Counted from the first letter of the whole stretch, positions 1 to 13,482 are shown. The stretch is DNA of 63,809 bases, filler included, from Choristocarpus tenellus KU-1152 (GCA_964200185.2; 17 parts of 17 records of this genome joined end to end with filler, not necessarily neighbours in it), one strand, 5' to 3'. Translations and numbers: made by a program. The notes: generated by a model not told the origin, from the sequence alone.

Positions 1-162
1 CTTTAATTCACCTCAACCTTTCCTTATCGATTTTCCTGTTGTGTACCCCCACCCCCACCCTCCATCCCCATGTGAATGCCTTCCCCCCCCAGTACCACAC
101 CACTCCCACCCCCTCAACTACAATTCTCCTTTCCCCCCTCTTTTGCCTCCTTTCTACAACAG

Positions 163-369
163 GGAGAGCTCTTTGGGTATATCCTAGACCTCACTGGAGG
201 AATAACAGCCTCTCTCACAAGTTTTGTGTTACCAGCAATCATCTATATCAAGGCATCGGAGACACGAGGCCCGCATCATTTCAAGTGCCTGGCACTGGCA
301 GCTTTTGGTGTTGGGGTTATGATCATGGTGCCTGTATCCCTGGTGTTGAGCTTCCTTGGGTACTCGTAG
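163..369 (+). CDS. Last exon of an amino-acid transporter (Aa_trans/AAAP, SLC38-like)
   Basis: Polypyrimidine tract and CAG acceptor at 161-162; GELFGYILDLTGGITASLTSFVLPAIIY...LVLSFLGYS* matches the 'L.G.....FVLP..Y' C-terminal TM motif of AAAP transporters. Confidence 0.75.
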   Translation, partial: GELFGYILDLTGGITASLTSFVLPAIIYIKASETRGPHHFKCLALAAFGVGVMIMVPVSLVLSFLGYS

Positions 370-467
370 CAACTGCTCAAGGGTGTTTGTTCTCAATAGT
401 TTATAATGTTCGATTATACTGTTGAAATTTTTTGTTGTTGTTGATATGTGTATGCACTTTGTGCAGG

Positions 468-652
468 TGCTCAAAGTATCTAGGGGGGGGGGGAGGTGAC
501 GACTGTCCATGTGGGGACCATTTTTTCCATGTTGCAATTTTGGGTGATTTGGTTGGATGCGTCAGATGGATAACTTAAATTCACTTCTCCTGGTCAGGGC
601 GGAATGGGCACCCTGGTGTAGACCACCTCCCCCCCTCCGGATGCTTTGAGCC
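468..652. mobile_element. MITE subfamily B (about 180 bp, G-run TIR), complete copy
   Basis: TIRs tgctcaaagtatctagggggg / ccccctccggatgctttgagcc; flanked by AGG...AGG; homologous to 10850-11027. Confidence 0.8.
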
Positions 653-1060
653 AGGAAAAGGATGCCTGTGGGTCCCACATTGTTCAAGGTGGGATATGGG
701 CTAGCTTGAGATGGTAAATGGCAGGGACTGCATTTGTTTATGCACAGTTGCCCTATTCAAGCAAGCTCATCATGCCAGCACTTACATGGACTGAGTGCCT
801 GCTCCTTACAATTACAGTGATGTACCGTATACAACTTTATGGAAGTGAATAAAGCATGCCGATGGAGGCTTTAGAGCAAAATTATGTCGAAGTATTTGAA
901 GGATCCAAGAGGCGATTCTATGGCCTGGATGATCCTTGTAGTAATTGTTCAAATTTTGAGGTCAAAAGTGTAGAAGTGATACAGGTCAAGCTTATTAGGA
1001 ATCACTATTTTTATGCCCTCCTTACAATACAGCTGAAAGCAAAGAAAGTGAGACTTTTTT

Positions 1061-1305
1061 TAGTCAAAGTATCTTAGAGGGTAGAGCCGTGTCCATTTGG
1101 GGACCAAAATCCAATTTTGCGATTTTGATGTAATTTTCGCTATCGTGTTGCTAGGAAGTGTCAATATCCTTATTCTGGACACACCTTTTCATAGCGCAAT
1201 ACATTTTATTTCAGAGTGGGTAAGATGTCATAAAAATCCTGTGGGAAGCCAAGCCCCAAACATACAAAAAGATCAAAACTTGTACCCTCTAAGATACTTT
1301 CACTA
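1061..1305. mobile_element. MITE subfamily A (about 245-280 bp), complete copy
   Basis: TIRs agtcaaagtatcttagagggta / taccctctaagatactttcact; internal sequence shared with copies at 25019, 29688, 30532 and 52105. Confidence 0.9.
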
Positions 1306-1808
1306 TTTTAAATGATCCACTATCAACACTTCAGAATATTGTAGAAAGACAGATGAAGAGGGTTTGGAACAAAATGAACAAAACTGCCCATGCAACACAC
1401 ACTTACCTCAAGTGAGAACCAACTGGAGAGTGAAATGTGTTCATTCAGAATATATATTTCTTGTGCTCCTCTTCTTTTTAAAAGATGATCCTCAAACCAA
1501 GTATCCATCTTGTTATCCGCATTTTGAAATAAGAGATGGAACATGGCATGGAATCAGCCTCAGACAGTACAGAACAAACTACTACTTAAGTTGTACCCTT
1601 TGCATAAAACAAGAAGTCACATCAAAAATTGGCATAATAGTGGGCGTTTTTTTTTTCCATCCAGGAAATTGCTAAAGGCGTGTGTGACCTCTGTGCTTCA
1701 ACACGTTTATCCTCCAGTTCAAAGTGAACCCACCAATGGTGACAGCCTATAGACCCATTGACTTTGCATGCATCACAAGCGTAGCTGTGGCCAATAAAGA
1801 AACTGAGA

Positions 1809-1979
1809 TCACCGACTTCTTCTTGACATTGCAAACATTCCCATCGCGAATCCAGCTGCTGTTGCCAGCCCAACCTTGACCCACTCTTTTCCACCACCTC
1901 TTGAGCTAGCAAGTAAGTCTCTATATCCTGACCTCGTGGTTGAGTTGCAGGATTGGTCTCCTGCAGCAGCTTGGGGCGT
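1809..1979 (-). CDS. Probable last exon of a tail-anchored protein (unknown)
   Basis: Pyrimidine-rich CAG acceptor, then TPQAAAGD...KEWVKVGLATAAGFAMGMFAMSRRSR*: a C-terminal hydrophobic helix plus basic tail. Confidence 0.35.
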   Translation of the reverse strand, partial: TPQAAAGDQSCNSTTRSGYRDLLASSRGGGKEWVKVGLATAAGFAMGMFAMSRRSR

Positions 1980-3134
1980 CTGGAGTGTATGTTGGGGGAA
2001 AGAGGCGAGGAAATAACCGAGCATTGAGTCTTTGTACTTGCATACCACTACTTTGCCCCTGTGTGGCTTTCAAGTCCTTTTTCCCAACCGTTCTGAGGGT
2101 TGTGCTTGCTGCAGGCTTACAACTGATCATCTGTTCTACTAGAAATGACTCCAGCATAGATTTCAAGTAGTCGTCCAGATAAGATAAGTGTATGAGAAAG
2201 AAATGTTATTGCATTATGTGCTGAAATCCGTGTGTATTCAGCAATTGCAACATGCAGCGAAGGAGTATCATCAGTAACAAGCATAGGCTCTGATTCTAGT
2301 GTTGTTAGTTTCCATAAACAGAAAATTGCTTCTACTATTGTTCCCATTTTGTACTTTGAGCTATCTCAAGAAAGTGAGACCAGCAAGACTCCCAGCAACT
2401 TGTTGACGGATGTCCGTAGTCACAAACCTCGGGTATATCCTTCACACCTTCATCCCCTTTCCTCTCTAGAGCCCAAACCTCACCTGTACCCCATCTCCTC
2501 TCCTCGGCCCTGCTGGCAGCCCATTGATCTCCTCCCCTTGCACCACCACATCTGATTCTACCCAAGACCCTAGACCCCCCGACAGTGATCTCTTGTGGTC
2601 TTGGTGAGAAACATCTTCCATTTCCCACCCTAGAGACTTTTGAACTGCCCTTTTCCAGTTTCGAACCAGCTTTCAAGGGGGGTGACATGTGTGCCAGAGC
2701 AGCCGGAGAAATGAAGTAGAGGGAGTGAATGAGATCATGGTTGGCGAATTTGGACTGGTGGTAATTACGAGCTCTTGGCAATATATATGTAACCTCCTTC
2801 TTCAGTCAGTGCCTATGAGAGGAAATCAATGCTGTCAAGACACAGAATTGCAACCAACTTCAAAGCGAATCACTATGGTGTGCAGATACAGGGAGTGAAA
2901 TGACCAGGCACTAACCAACCACATCATTCAAAACAAAAACAAAAAACGAAGTTCACAACAAATCAATATGAATTGAAGAACCGCCCACGTTTCTTAAGGA
3001 GGTAGGCTCTAGACTTTCTTATCTGAGCACGAGTTGGAGACAAGAGGATTGAGGGGAGGGGGGGAGGGGGGGAGGGGGAGTAAACACACCAGGCTGCGTG
3101 TACTTGACTCCATGCGCGAAGAGAATTCTTGCCC

Positions 3135-3234
3135 NNNNNNNNNNNNNNNNNNNNNNNNNNNNNNNNNNNNNNNNNNNNTTAATTAATTAANNNNNNNNNN
3201 NNNNNNNNNNNNNNNNNNNNNNNNNNNNNNNNNN
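3135..3234. other. Artificial contig linker (first of 16)
   Basis: N44-TTAATTAATTAA-N44 with stops in all six frames. Also starts at 9458, 16028, 18837, 21653, 24556, 27499, 31061, 34777, 38874, 43213, 48858, 52602, 55583, 58529, 61187. Confidence 0.97.
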
Positions 3235-3886
3235 TGGAGTGATTGGATCGGGCGAGTGTGGTCTGTGTCATCCCTCCCATACGTTTCGCGTTGCGAGGCC
3301 CCCCCCCCCCCCCCCCTAGATGGACAAAACCATCTACCCCAATCTAATAGCGGAGAGGGGTATTGCTGGAATTGATGAAAATAGTTCCAACACAACACAA
3401 CACAACACAGCACAGCACAAACTATGATAGTATATATATATATATATATATACATTTTCAGAACACCGTGCATACATTGGAACACACTCTACACCTTTTT
3501 TTTTTCAGCTGATGGGTGGAAATCTTGCCAGAGGGAAAAACTGCCGACTAGTTGTAACTGTCATCCAATAATAAAAAAAAAAGTGTGAAAAGAGAAAATC
3601 CCTCCATTTCATTTTCTCTTTTTTCTTTTTATCGCGGTAGAGTCGACGACTCGTTCTTTTTTGTTTCTGCTTTTTTGACATGTAGGAGGGTTAGTAGCAT
3701 GCCTTGAATTGAAAAACGATAAGATACAATAAACTAACATCACCTGTACAACGCGCTCTTCAATCCTGAGAGAGAGCCACCAGTATTGGTCTCTGTTAAT
3801 GCCGCACCTCCTGATGCTAACCCCTACGCTTAGTACACAGTGTGCCTTCGCCGAACACGCCTTCCCATTGGTGAGAAACGGCTCAC

Positions 3887-4603
3887 CTTCTGCTCGCTGA
3901 AGCGCTGAACGCAGGCGTTCCACTCCATTGTGGGGCCGGGGGCAACGACAATCACCGTGTCGCCCTTGCAGATGCCTTCCAAGGTCTCAGGTTTCCTACA
4001 GACAGTATAGTGTGATACAAGCACAGGATGATATGGTACAGAATAGTACAGACAGTATAGTGTGGTACACGTACAGGATGGTATGGTACAGAATAGTACA
4101 GAAAGTACAGTGTAGGGATATAGAGGGGAAGTACCACCAACCACAGACAGGAGGAACGGCTTAAATAGGGTTAGGGTTTTGCAAGTGGTACTGTACTACG
4201 ACCACATAAAAAAAAGATGGAAATACATGTGAAATTGTTTATACAAGGTATACTGGTACCGGATTTCTCTTAGCTTGCAAAAAATAGAAAATTTTCTGGA
4301 TCAGTGAGTAGGCCCTTTTAAAAAAGGGCCCCAAATAAAGCCCTGGGCAGGAGGGAGGAGGATCAGCTGGTAGGCAGGGAGGCGATTGGGCAAGGGGAGA
4401 GGAAACAGGGCGTCATTCCAATGCAGCAAATACTATTATTATTGTTATTATTATTATCATCACCATAAAGAGTAAAAACATGCGAACCCAGCAGCGGTTG
4501 GGGATCCCCCCTTTTTTTTTTAAATGTAACGATTACACCAATAGAAAAGAAACAAATCTTCGGTGCATTTTGTTGAGCCTACAGTATAAGCTATATTCAA
4601 CCT

Positions 4604-4634
<31 letters not shown>

Positions 4635-5017
4635 GTATCTCCCCTTCCCCCTGAAACATTCTTCGTGGAGGGGGGGATGAGGGTCAGCAACAGGGATAAT
4701 AATCCAGTGTCAGCATAGCATGGGTCTGGATGATTCTAACGTCAACCGTATCATTCCAATAAGAGTATCATTCCAGTAAGGGTATCGATGTACCGTTACG
4801 AGGTCAGCCCCCCCAAAAAGTGGGTTCCTGCAGTAGGTAGTACGGCTTGTGATAATTGTGCTTCATGGTACAAGCCTCCTCCAAGAAACATTCTTCGTCG
4901 TAGACAAATCTACCGTTGCTCCTGGTGCCCTACCAATGCCTTTCCGACTATTCTTACTATTCTCGTGAATTGCATCAACACACATCACGCCATTGATTCT
5001 CCCTTGGCCCCCGCCCT

Positions 5018-5057
<40 letters not shown>

Positions 5058-8000
5058 AGCACAGGGATAATCCCCCGATAAAAACATGGGGGTGGGAATT
5101 AACACCTTACAAGTGATCCATCAGCACAGGTCTCTCTCACCAGGTACCTCTTCATCTGTCGTACTAATAGTCAATAATTAACCACAGCCTGCATGTTCCC
5201 TTCAACACCTCTAAAGAGTATTCCAACGAAGAAAATTGAAACCTCCGATACAAACTTTCAACGGCCTTTAACGACCCTGCCAGATGACTAACGTTGGCCT
5301 TCCATTTTGGCGTCCAGGGCGAGTAGTGGTATTGGAGGTATGGTACTTACTACCTCAGGCAATTGGACTCTATTCCAAGGCTCTTGAGTGTCTTGAGATG
5401 CTGCTTGCATCTCAAAAAGTCAGCCCTCGACTCATTTTCCGAAGTAAAACTGATGGCCATTGGAAAAAAATAGTATACATAAATATGCATGCATGTATGC
5501 ATGTATGTATGTATATATGGGTCTAACTTGTATTTTTTTTATCCTCCGAAGAAAAAAAACACACCATGGAAAAAAAAAAAGCTATCCAATATTTTCTAGG
5601 CACAAAACATAGGTCTACTCTACTGCCTTAGGTCAACGTCCCACCAAGGTACTAATACAAAATAAAAAATATCATGATTGAACGGCATCGCAATCAGCTC
5701 AACAGTGGCCTAAAAAGACCAGTGAATTCTAACGATCAATCGATTCCAGCTCATCGAAGAAAATCAACACCGAAAATCAGGGGAATGATTTCAATCGGCC
5801 GTTTCCACAGGCGTTTGCGAGCTGGACACTCTGCTGGAGTTTCCTCGTGGCGCTCTGTGGCGCTCTGAGCACCTCCCTTCACACCCACTGTGCGTTTGTT
5901 TAAAAAAAAAATCAAAATCAATATTTTGCTTCAATCGAAGGTCTTTTGAGCCCGATCTACTTCATCCCTCATGAAACCTTTTGATTCCGTAACACCGGCA
6001 AGAAAATCCATAAACCCCTAACCCTAACCCTCACCTCACGTTCATTGCCTCTTTCCACGAGGGTTCGACGATGGCGTTATCTAAGTCTGATACACGCCCA
6101 TATATGCGGCAATTGAATCAAGTGCACAAAGGTACGGGGGGAAGAAAGAACGAGAGAGAGAGAGAGAATCCTCAAAGGGCCTCCTCACCTGAGGCTGCAA
6201 AACTTAGCCTTCCCCGGCTTGGACACAACGGTCTTGTCTTTCTTCAGACCATCTGTCGTCACCACCCACACAGTGCCTCCAAGTCCCTCTGCGAGCTGCA
6301 CATGGAGGTGAAAAGATACGATGTGTTTTACGGGGATGGATGTGTGCTTAAAAGATACGATGTGTGTGCATGGACTGGACGGTGGGGGTAGGGAGCAATG
6401 GGGGTTCGCTTAGTATCGAAGGGATAGTCACGTGTGTGTGAGTGTGTGACCTTGCAAATCTTGACAGTCCATGTTGTAATACACGGAGAAAAAAAACATT
6501 AAAAACAAAAAGCAGCGAGATGGGCACCACCTGTGGTCAGCTTGGTACCTGTCCAAAAGGGCAAACTTCAACTGGTGGAACCATGGTAATGGTTAAGTGT
6601 CAGAGGGTAGAATGCGTTGGAGGGATGAGGCACCAAGAGATGAGAGAGTAGCCTTCCCTCCTGGTGACTTCAGATTTCAATATCATTTTAAGTCCTATCT
6701 TCCACTGTGGTAGGGGGTATCCTGCTTTGTAGTGAAGCGTACACTCAATTGACACTGTAATGTTGTCGTTACCAAAAACGTCGGACAGAAAATGCTATCA
6801 AGTCCCGGTTTGCTGACAATAACAAATGATTTGAAGCTTTGTGTATTTTCCCTCTAGTATATGTACATCATGTTGATGCTCGAAATATTGGCAGTATCAT
6901 TGCTGCAGGAAAAAACCATACTGGGGTGCGCTGGATTATGCTTGCACATAGGCACAACCTCTTAGAAGAATTTGTATCCCAGCGTAGAAGGGAATGCACA
7001 TGTGGTTTGCATAGGAACGATATTCCGCATACGTTCCCTGATCACACCTTTTTTGCCCAGTAGACGTTGCTGAATGGCAACAGATAAGTCCTGATGGTGG
7101 ATCCTGGTTTGTACTCGCCCATACCAAGATCTATGGCCACCTTGGCGCAGTGTAAGGGGAGTGTGTCATGGCAACATGTGCAAGAAACTGTAAAGGATAT
7201 TACATCTACGATGTGGTGGCAACAATGACCCCTCCCCACTGGAACTTTAAAGTGGGCATGCCATTATGAAGTCATAGCACATGTAGGTGTGTCAGGCACA
7301 AACACGGAGTTTTACTCCGTGTGGGGGCTGAGTTGGGGCTATCGAGCAATTCACAATATGTTCTTGCCCCTATATCATATGTATAGTTCTGGACTATTCT
7401 CTATAGTAGTAGGAAGATCCCTCCTGGGCGTACACACACGAATAGGCAGGTCTTCTTGCTGGATTTCCGGATCAGCGAATTCTATGCTGAAACCAGTGTA
7501 CGCAGGGGCGACAGCCCACACACATATCTTGTGCCCATTAACTGCAACTTGGAAATCGTGATCGGTGTTATTGATATATCTCCCTGGCATCAACTGCTGC
7601 ACTGTCCATTACCTCCTTGCCGAAGAGTTGATTTGTTGCGGTTCCGAATTGAACCTCATCAATGTTTGGCACTGGAAAGAAATTGATCTCCACTGGTTTG
7701 CCGGTCCTGTTGTACAGGGAGGAAAGTGTGAGGGTGAGTTGGAAGAGATCTATTAGATCTCATAATCAATCAGAATAAAACGCACCAAAGGTGTAAAAGT
7801 GTCCCTGTTACAGTTCATACTAGGGTTTACGAGCGACTAAGACCATACCTGAGCGCCGACTTGGCTCCGGCAATCATGTCCTTTCGTATCTGGCCTGTTT
7901 TCTTGAACCAGCCATCGTATAGCTTGGGCATACCCGCACCACCACCGCCGCCAAAGAACATTTTGACCGATTCAGTTCTTCGAATGGGATTCTCTGGGAC

Positions 8001-8150
8001 CTGGACTCGCTGAGCATGCTTAGCACAGCCTCCTAAAGCTTCCAGTGATGAAATGCAGTGCGGTGAAGTGGGAAGGTGGAACCCTCCTACGATGGGTAGA
8101 AGATGAAAGCATATGGTTGCGAAGTTGACCAAGAGTGACTTCATCGTCAT
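3887..8150 (-). CDS. Plastid-targeted DUF1995 (LPA3-like) protein, first four exons; 3' end missing
   Basis: Exons 8150-7849, 7706-7613, 6295-6189 and 3995-3887 join in phase with GT-AG: MTMKSLL...IVGG/FHLP (signal peptide + F motif)...DMIAGAKSALR|TGKPVEINFFPVPNIDEVQFGTATNQLFGKE|LAEGLGGTVWVV...CSLR|KPETLEGICKGDTVIVVAPGPTMEW. Family from recalled 'A..AL..G...VE.F' and 'IVVAP' motifs. Confidence 0.7.
3998..4120. repeat. 50-bp intronic minisatellite, about 2.4 copies
   Basis: acagacagtatagtgtg...gtacagaatagt starting at 3998 and 4048, partial at 4098; abuts the exon-4 acceptor. Confidence 0.85.
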
Positions 8151-9557
8151 CCTCCTATCCACGCTGTGCTCCCAGACACGAAAAATATACAGTCCGAAGC
8201 GATCCCGGTGATGGAGGGGAACGGGAGGACTGTGTATTGAGCACTTCCTCCTAGCAATATAGTACTAAATACAAACAATAGTTGTAGGTACGTGTTCAAC
8301 ATCGAGATTGCAGATCATGAAGCGGTGGAATAATTCGTCTACTGTAACCTATAAAAGCAAATAGCCCTAATACTACACGATATTCAAATTTATTTGGGAA
8401 GCCAAAGAACTCCATCTCAGTCTTTTGGGGAACAGGTACTACTGTGAACCCCCTTTTAGTTGGGAAACACCAAACAATCTGTGAGAAGGGTGTGAGACTT
8501 GGTTGAGGGAGTGGCAGTGTGGTGGTGCTCGTGGATGATCTTACCAATAGATGAAAGGGTATTTCATTCCATGGTGGGCATTGGGATGCTCATCGCCTGT
8601 CCCCTTACCCTCATTTTGTGTATCAGGATGGCGGTGCCCTATGGAAGGTAATAAAAACCCCAAGTGCCATTTACCTTGTATATCAAGTATCTTGCATAAC
8701 GTCTGTGGTGGGATCACACGTTTCTTTAGAAACTTCTTTCTCGCCTTCTCTCCACTACCTCTATCTTGTGAAATTGGTGCCTTTTCTCCACGATAGGTAG
8801 AATATTTGAGCCGAACTTTGCTTTTCACCAGCAATCGAGGCATCCTATCTTCTGTAATTCAACGGATAATAGTCATTCGCACGTTCAACTACGGACGCCG
8901 CATGAGTTGCAAGACGATCTACAATATTCGCACCACCTTGATGTACTGTGAAGCGTAAGTGAACATTCCGTCGAATCTTTTCATTTACGGAAGGTTCGTC
9001 ATACTCAGAGTACATTAGATCTGTGTAGATACTAAGACGTTGTGCTACAGTTTTTGCAGCTATAGTAAGGTCATCTTCGTCCTTGGAGGTGTTGTGATCT
9101 TTCGCTATTTTTTTATTCTGACGAATTACCTAGGTATGTGCAGTAGTCTGCGAAGCTTACCTCACCGAAAAACGCTAGCGTTCGAGCTGTATCCAGGCAC
9201 TAAATGAGTAGCACGAAGTCAAAGCACATTTTATTGAAAGTATTTGATACACATTTTCGCGATCCTTCTCTGAATATCCGAGTAGCTGTCCCACGATTAA
9301 GACCGTGTTGATGACATGGCCTTTGTGGTTAGGGTGATAGGTGCAAATGTTTAACTTTAGTTGCAGAGGTTACGTAGTTATTGCTGTACGAATTTCAGCC
9401 CAAGGAAGGCAACACAGGCCTGTACTTTCCTCTGGCATTTGCCCATCTTCCCCCCCCNNNNNNNNNNNNNNNNNNNNNNNNNNNNNNNNNNNNNNNNNNN
9501 NTTAATTAATTAANNNNNNNNNNNNNNNNNNNNNNNNNNNNNNNNNNNNNNNNNNNN

Positions 9558-11310
9558 CTGTTCTTTGTCCTTCATTAAGCACCATCCAAAAGCCGCGGGT
9601 CCAGTGTGGGATAATTCAACAGGGGGGAGTGACCCTAGCAAGATAACCTGGGCGAGAGGAGGGAGACCAGGAGTTGAGGAGGCAGGCCACCTGTTTGTCC
9701 ATCTCGCTGAAGTGTGTGCCCAAAGTTCGTGACTCAGAGCTCTCGATTACCTCAGCCATGCGGGCTTGGATGAATCCTCAGGAGCCCCCAATGTAACAAA
9801 TCCATTTGGGTTCTGGGCTAGGTTGATTTCTCCTGTAGAAAGAAGCTCCAGTTCTGAGGGCGTGGATTGGTGGCCCTGGGGAGGTGCGGCAAAGGTCTTG
9901 TGTATGTTCAGGGCAATCAATGCCCACCTCATGAAGGTCAGTTTTTAGCTGCTCGAAGGCAGCTATGATGTTGGGGCCAATCTCCCTTGCTGAAATGGAC
10001 GTGTCGTCCGGACAGCTTTGGGAGGAACCCTCCCGAGGTCGAAAGACAGACTGGACCCACTGTAAGGCTTTATGTGTGGCCATGCAATATAGGAGGGGGT
10101 CGAGGGGGTCCCCTTGTTGTGCCCCCGATCTTGATGGCCAGATCTTCATCCCTCCCTCATCCACGGGGAAAAGAAGATTAAAGGTGTCCCCATACACCTT
10201 GGAGACGTAGGGCAGGAGTCTCGATAGAATCTCTGCATGAGCCTTGATGAAGGCCGAGCGGCGTAGACTGTTGAAAGCATTTCTCCGCACTCATTTCTTA
10301 GGTGGATGTCTAAGAGGGCACGCTCTACCCCGTTTGGAACCTCTACACCAAATTGTCCGATTCCACCGAAGAATTCCTCTAGGTAGGGGCGCCAGTCTGT
10401 ACTGAAAGATGAAGCACATACCCTTCTGAAAAAAGAGCCACAGGTAACTGGGTGACACTTCTCCCCAATTGCGGACAATCTGGAGTTGTGTGAAGCGTCC
10501 AAACTCAAAAGGTAAGGAGTCTGGGGGGGTGTAGGCTAGTTCCCAGAGCTTTGCAAATGCCTCCGCCACTTCTTTGCGACCAACTTCTATCGTGATGGCT
10601 GATCTGATCTGGGTGGGGCACATCCCATTGGGACCCTGGTGCCGAGTTACTGTTCGCCCTCATGAAAGCCGTTCGGAGGGAGGTGGGATTGCTCTCCCCT
10701 TCAGGAGGGCAGTACCTTTGTTCCCCAGGTTTTGTATCCCCTTGTACCCTGTCTGTAATGGTCTGCCTAAGCTCATCAGGATTCTCGCTCTGGTGCTTGG
10801 GGACCAGCACCCTGAAAGTCTCCTCTCTGGAGCTCTGGGTTGTGCTAGGGACCCAAAGTATCTGGGGGGGGGGGGGAACTGTGCCAGGGTGTCCATTTGG
10901 GTCAAAATCAGGAAAAGTGCACTTACATTACACATCCCACGTAAGAAACCAAATCCCCCAAAAATCGCAAGATGAAAAAATTGGCCCCAAATAGACATCC
11001 GCCACCCCCTCCCAGATACTCTGAGCCTAGGAGGACACTCGCCCCCTTGGATATGCCTCCATGGTGGTGACTCAGAGCTGCAGCACGTCCCTGGCGGGAT
11101 TTGGGGTTCTCTCCAGGGGCCTCCCTACGTCTGCTGATCCTCTCTGCGATCGTTCTAGTAGCCATGCTACCAGCTCTTGGATGTTCCCAGATGCCACACA
11201 GGCAAACCTTTCCTCCCTCGAGAATTTTCCATCATTTACCAGTGTAAGAGGCCAGAGACCAGATGAAATAGTCGGACGCTCTGATGGTGCCTATAGTTGG
11301 TGTCCCCCCC
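9558..11310 (-). pseudogene. CRE/SLACS-like non-LTR retrotransposon reverse transcriptase, frameshifted
   Basis: Fragments in several frames: 'NSAPG', 'HPVTCGSFFRR', 'RNAFNSLRR', 'GAQQGDPLDPLLYC' and a degenerate YLDD ('CPDD'); interrupted by a MITE at 10850-11027. Confidence 0.8.
10850..11027. mobile_element. MITE subfamily B inserted in the non-LTR element
   Basis: gacccaaagtatctggggg...cccctcccagatactctgagcc flanked by TAGG...TAGG. Confidence 0.85.
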
Positions 11311-11359
11311 TCTAGCCTTGGTCCCGTTACCTCATGGATCAGCAGATTTTATTAGTTGT

Positions 11360-11476
11360 ACCATTATTATCGTTATTATTATTATCAATATTATTTTATA
11401 TTATTTCTATCATGTTACTACTATTACTATTACTATTATTTGAAGTAGTAGTAGTAGTAATAGTAGTAGTAGTAGT
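11360..11476. repeat. (TAT/TAC/GTA)n trinucleotide microsatellite complex
   Basis: Direct reading; it produces the spurious poly-L/V ORF 11334..11606. Confidence 0.85.
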
Positions 11477-13319
11477 GTCGTTGTGGTCGCTTTCCCACGT
11501 CAATATTTCTATGAGAAGAAAGTACTCTTATCCTCAGAGTTGGTATCTATCTGTAGGAACAAATAACACCGTAATACAGACTACTACGATTACTCATCCT
11601 AAATAGGGTATGTACTATATATTGTATGCTACTGTCATTACTAGCATTATGCATACATGTGATAATAATATTTATCGTAGCTAATATGTACAGTGGTGAG
11701 TCATCTATCTTAGAGTGAGTCTATGTAGACCCTTCTTTGGAGTATCAAGGGTGTTTCATTCCCACCTCACACCCTATTCCCATGTCTGAAATGCAGCTAA
11801 TCCCTCTTTGAGAAGGGTATGGCTGCAGAGGAGAAAACATATTTTTGTCCACATGATAAGCACGAAATTGCCCTCTAGAGTTCTAGAAACACATGCATGC
11901 ACCAGAAGGCAATCACAGGAAGCCCAAATGTTTAATGATACCCCCCTCAAGATGGTATGTTAATAGTTAGCAGATTATTGAATCCTCCTCCTCCTGTCTA
12001 ATAATGTGGATTTCGAGGCTTTTCTAATCTTGTGTATAGTTTCTCCTTCTTCACACTATTCTGAGGAGTCCTAGATCTATCCCCTGGTCGAAAGGTGGTC
12101 AGTCAGATGCACGCAATGCACACTGCTTGAGGAAATACATATAATATGCACGAGGGAAAAACGTAACGAAATATAGAAAACAATGAAGAAAGGAGAAAAG
12201 TAAGAGAAAAAGAAGGGAAATAAGGAGAAAAATACTTGGGATAGGACGTCAGTAGCATCATCACACATCACCAGGTCCTGCGCGAACGTAGTTGCATATA
12301 TTCGACTCGTTGTTTTGACATGGTTACATACACAAACGAATATTATTCATGCTTACCAGTCATCCATACTGGAGACGACACACACTGCCACAACAGTAGT
12401 ACAGCAAGTAGTCAGCCATAGGCTAGACTGTATTTAGTATTGAGTCGTTGTGAGTAGTGTGATAGCACAATATAATTACTTGATTGAGTATGTATCACTT
12501 GGTGCTAACAACAATGTTTAATACGGTACCATACGTGCTAAGGTGCATCGATTATATATAAATTTTATGTTGAGGGTGTAAGAAGGGAAGCAAGGCTCAC
12601 TTTGCTCGTTAGAGACTATAGGTGGCTGAGTACTAAGAATGATGGTGACCTTCTTTTCTTCCAGGAAATATGAATGATAACGTTGAGGGAATGAAACGGT
12701 GGGTTTGTTTGATTTGTTAGCTAATTTTCAACCAATTTGGTTGTTTTAAATCAACAGATAGATGATGGTTAGAGGCAGTATGATCTAAACAAGTTTGACC
12801 TGCTATAGACACAACTAAACACATACTATCAACACCCATCCATCTATTTCCCATGTATTTGTATGGAGTATCTGACGGAGTATAATTATGGTTCTTCTGT
12901 GACTGCTTTCTCTGTACAATTGCCCCTGATTAATCGAGAGACACCAGACTCTAGAACCCTACCTAATTACACGTACAGTAGGCACTAGGTATTATTAGTA
13001 ACTCACAAAGAAGGGGGATTTGTACAAATTTGTGTTCAGTTAATTGTTCTTTTTTTGCAGAGGAAGGTCGCGCCTCTCTAAGGTACAGGTCTTGCAAAGT
13101 AAGGGTAATTACGACTGTCTACTAACTACACACAGTACATGATGATTGCATGCCACATGGCGACAAATTGGTTACCCATCAAATCACCCAGAAAATCAGC
13201 CCAAAGTCAGTTAGTTTCCAAGTTAGCAGCGTGCAAACAGCCTGCCTTGATCAACGGAGAGAGTGAAAGTAAACGAGAGAGTACCCGAGGTTGGGTTTTA
13301 AGGATGCTGAAACTATTTG

Positions 13320-13482
13320 CAAATTTCGGTTTTTTGTACAGATGCGTGAGGGGTTTTTCCAAATAATAGAGAAATCAACTCTCACGGATCGATCTTAGTA
13401 CTTGTCCATAGAAATAAGGGTGAATTGTAAAAGAGAAAAAAATGGCTTAAAATGCAAATCAGTCAAAACATGGGGACCTCTA
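13320..13482. repeat. Dispersed repeat family C (also about 27195-27392 and 56305-56395, opposite orientation)
   Basis: Shared blocks 'aaaatgcaaa...caaaac.tggg.acctc' and 'tccatagaaataa', as reverse complement. Confidence 0.6.

Noticed and set aside
6035-6087. Extra exon of the DUF1995 gene (DLDNAIVEPSWKEAMNV)
   Set aside because: Has AG/GT ends but is out of phase with the flanking exons (gives TAA); exons 3 and 4 already join in frame.
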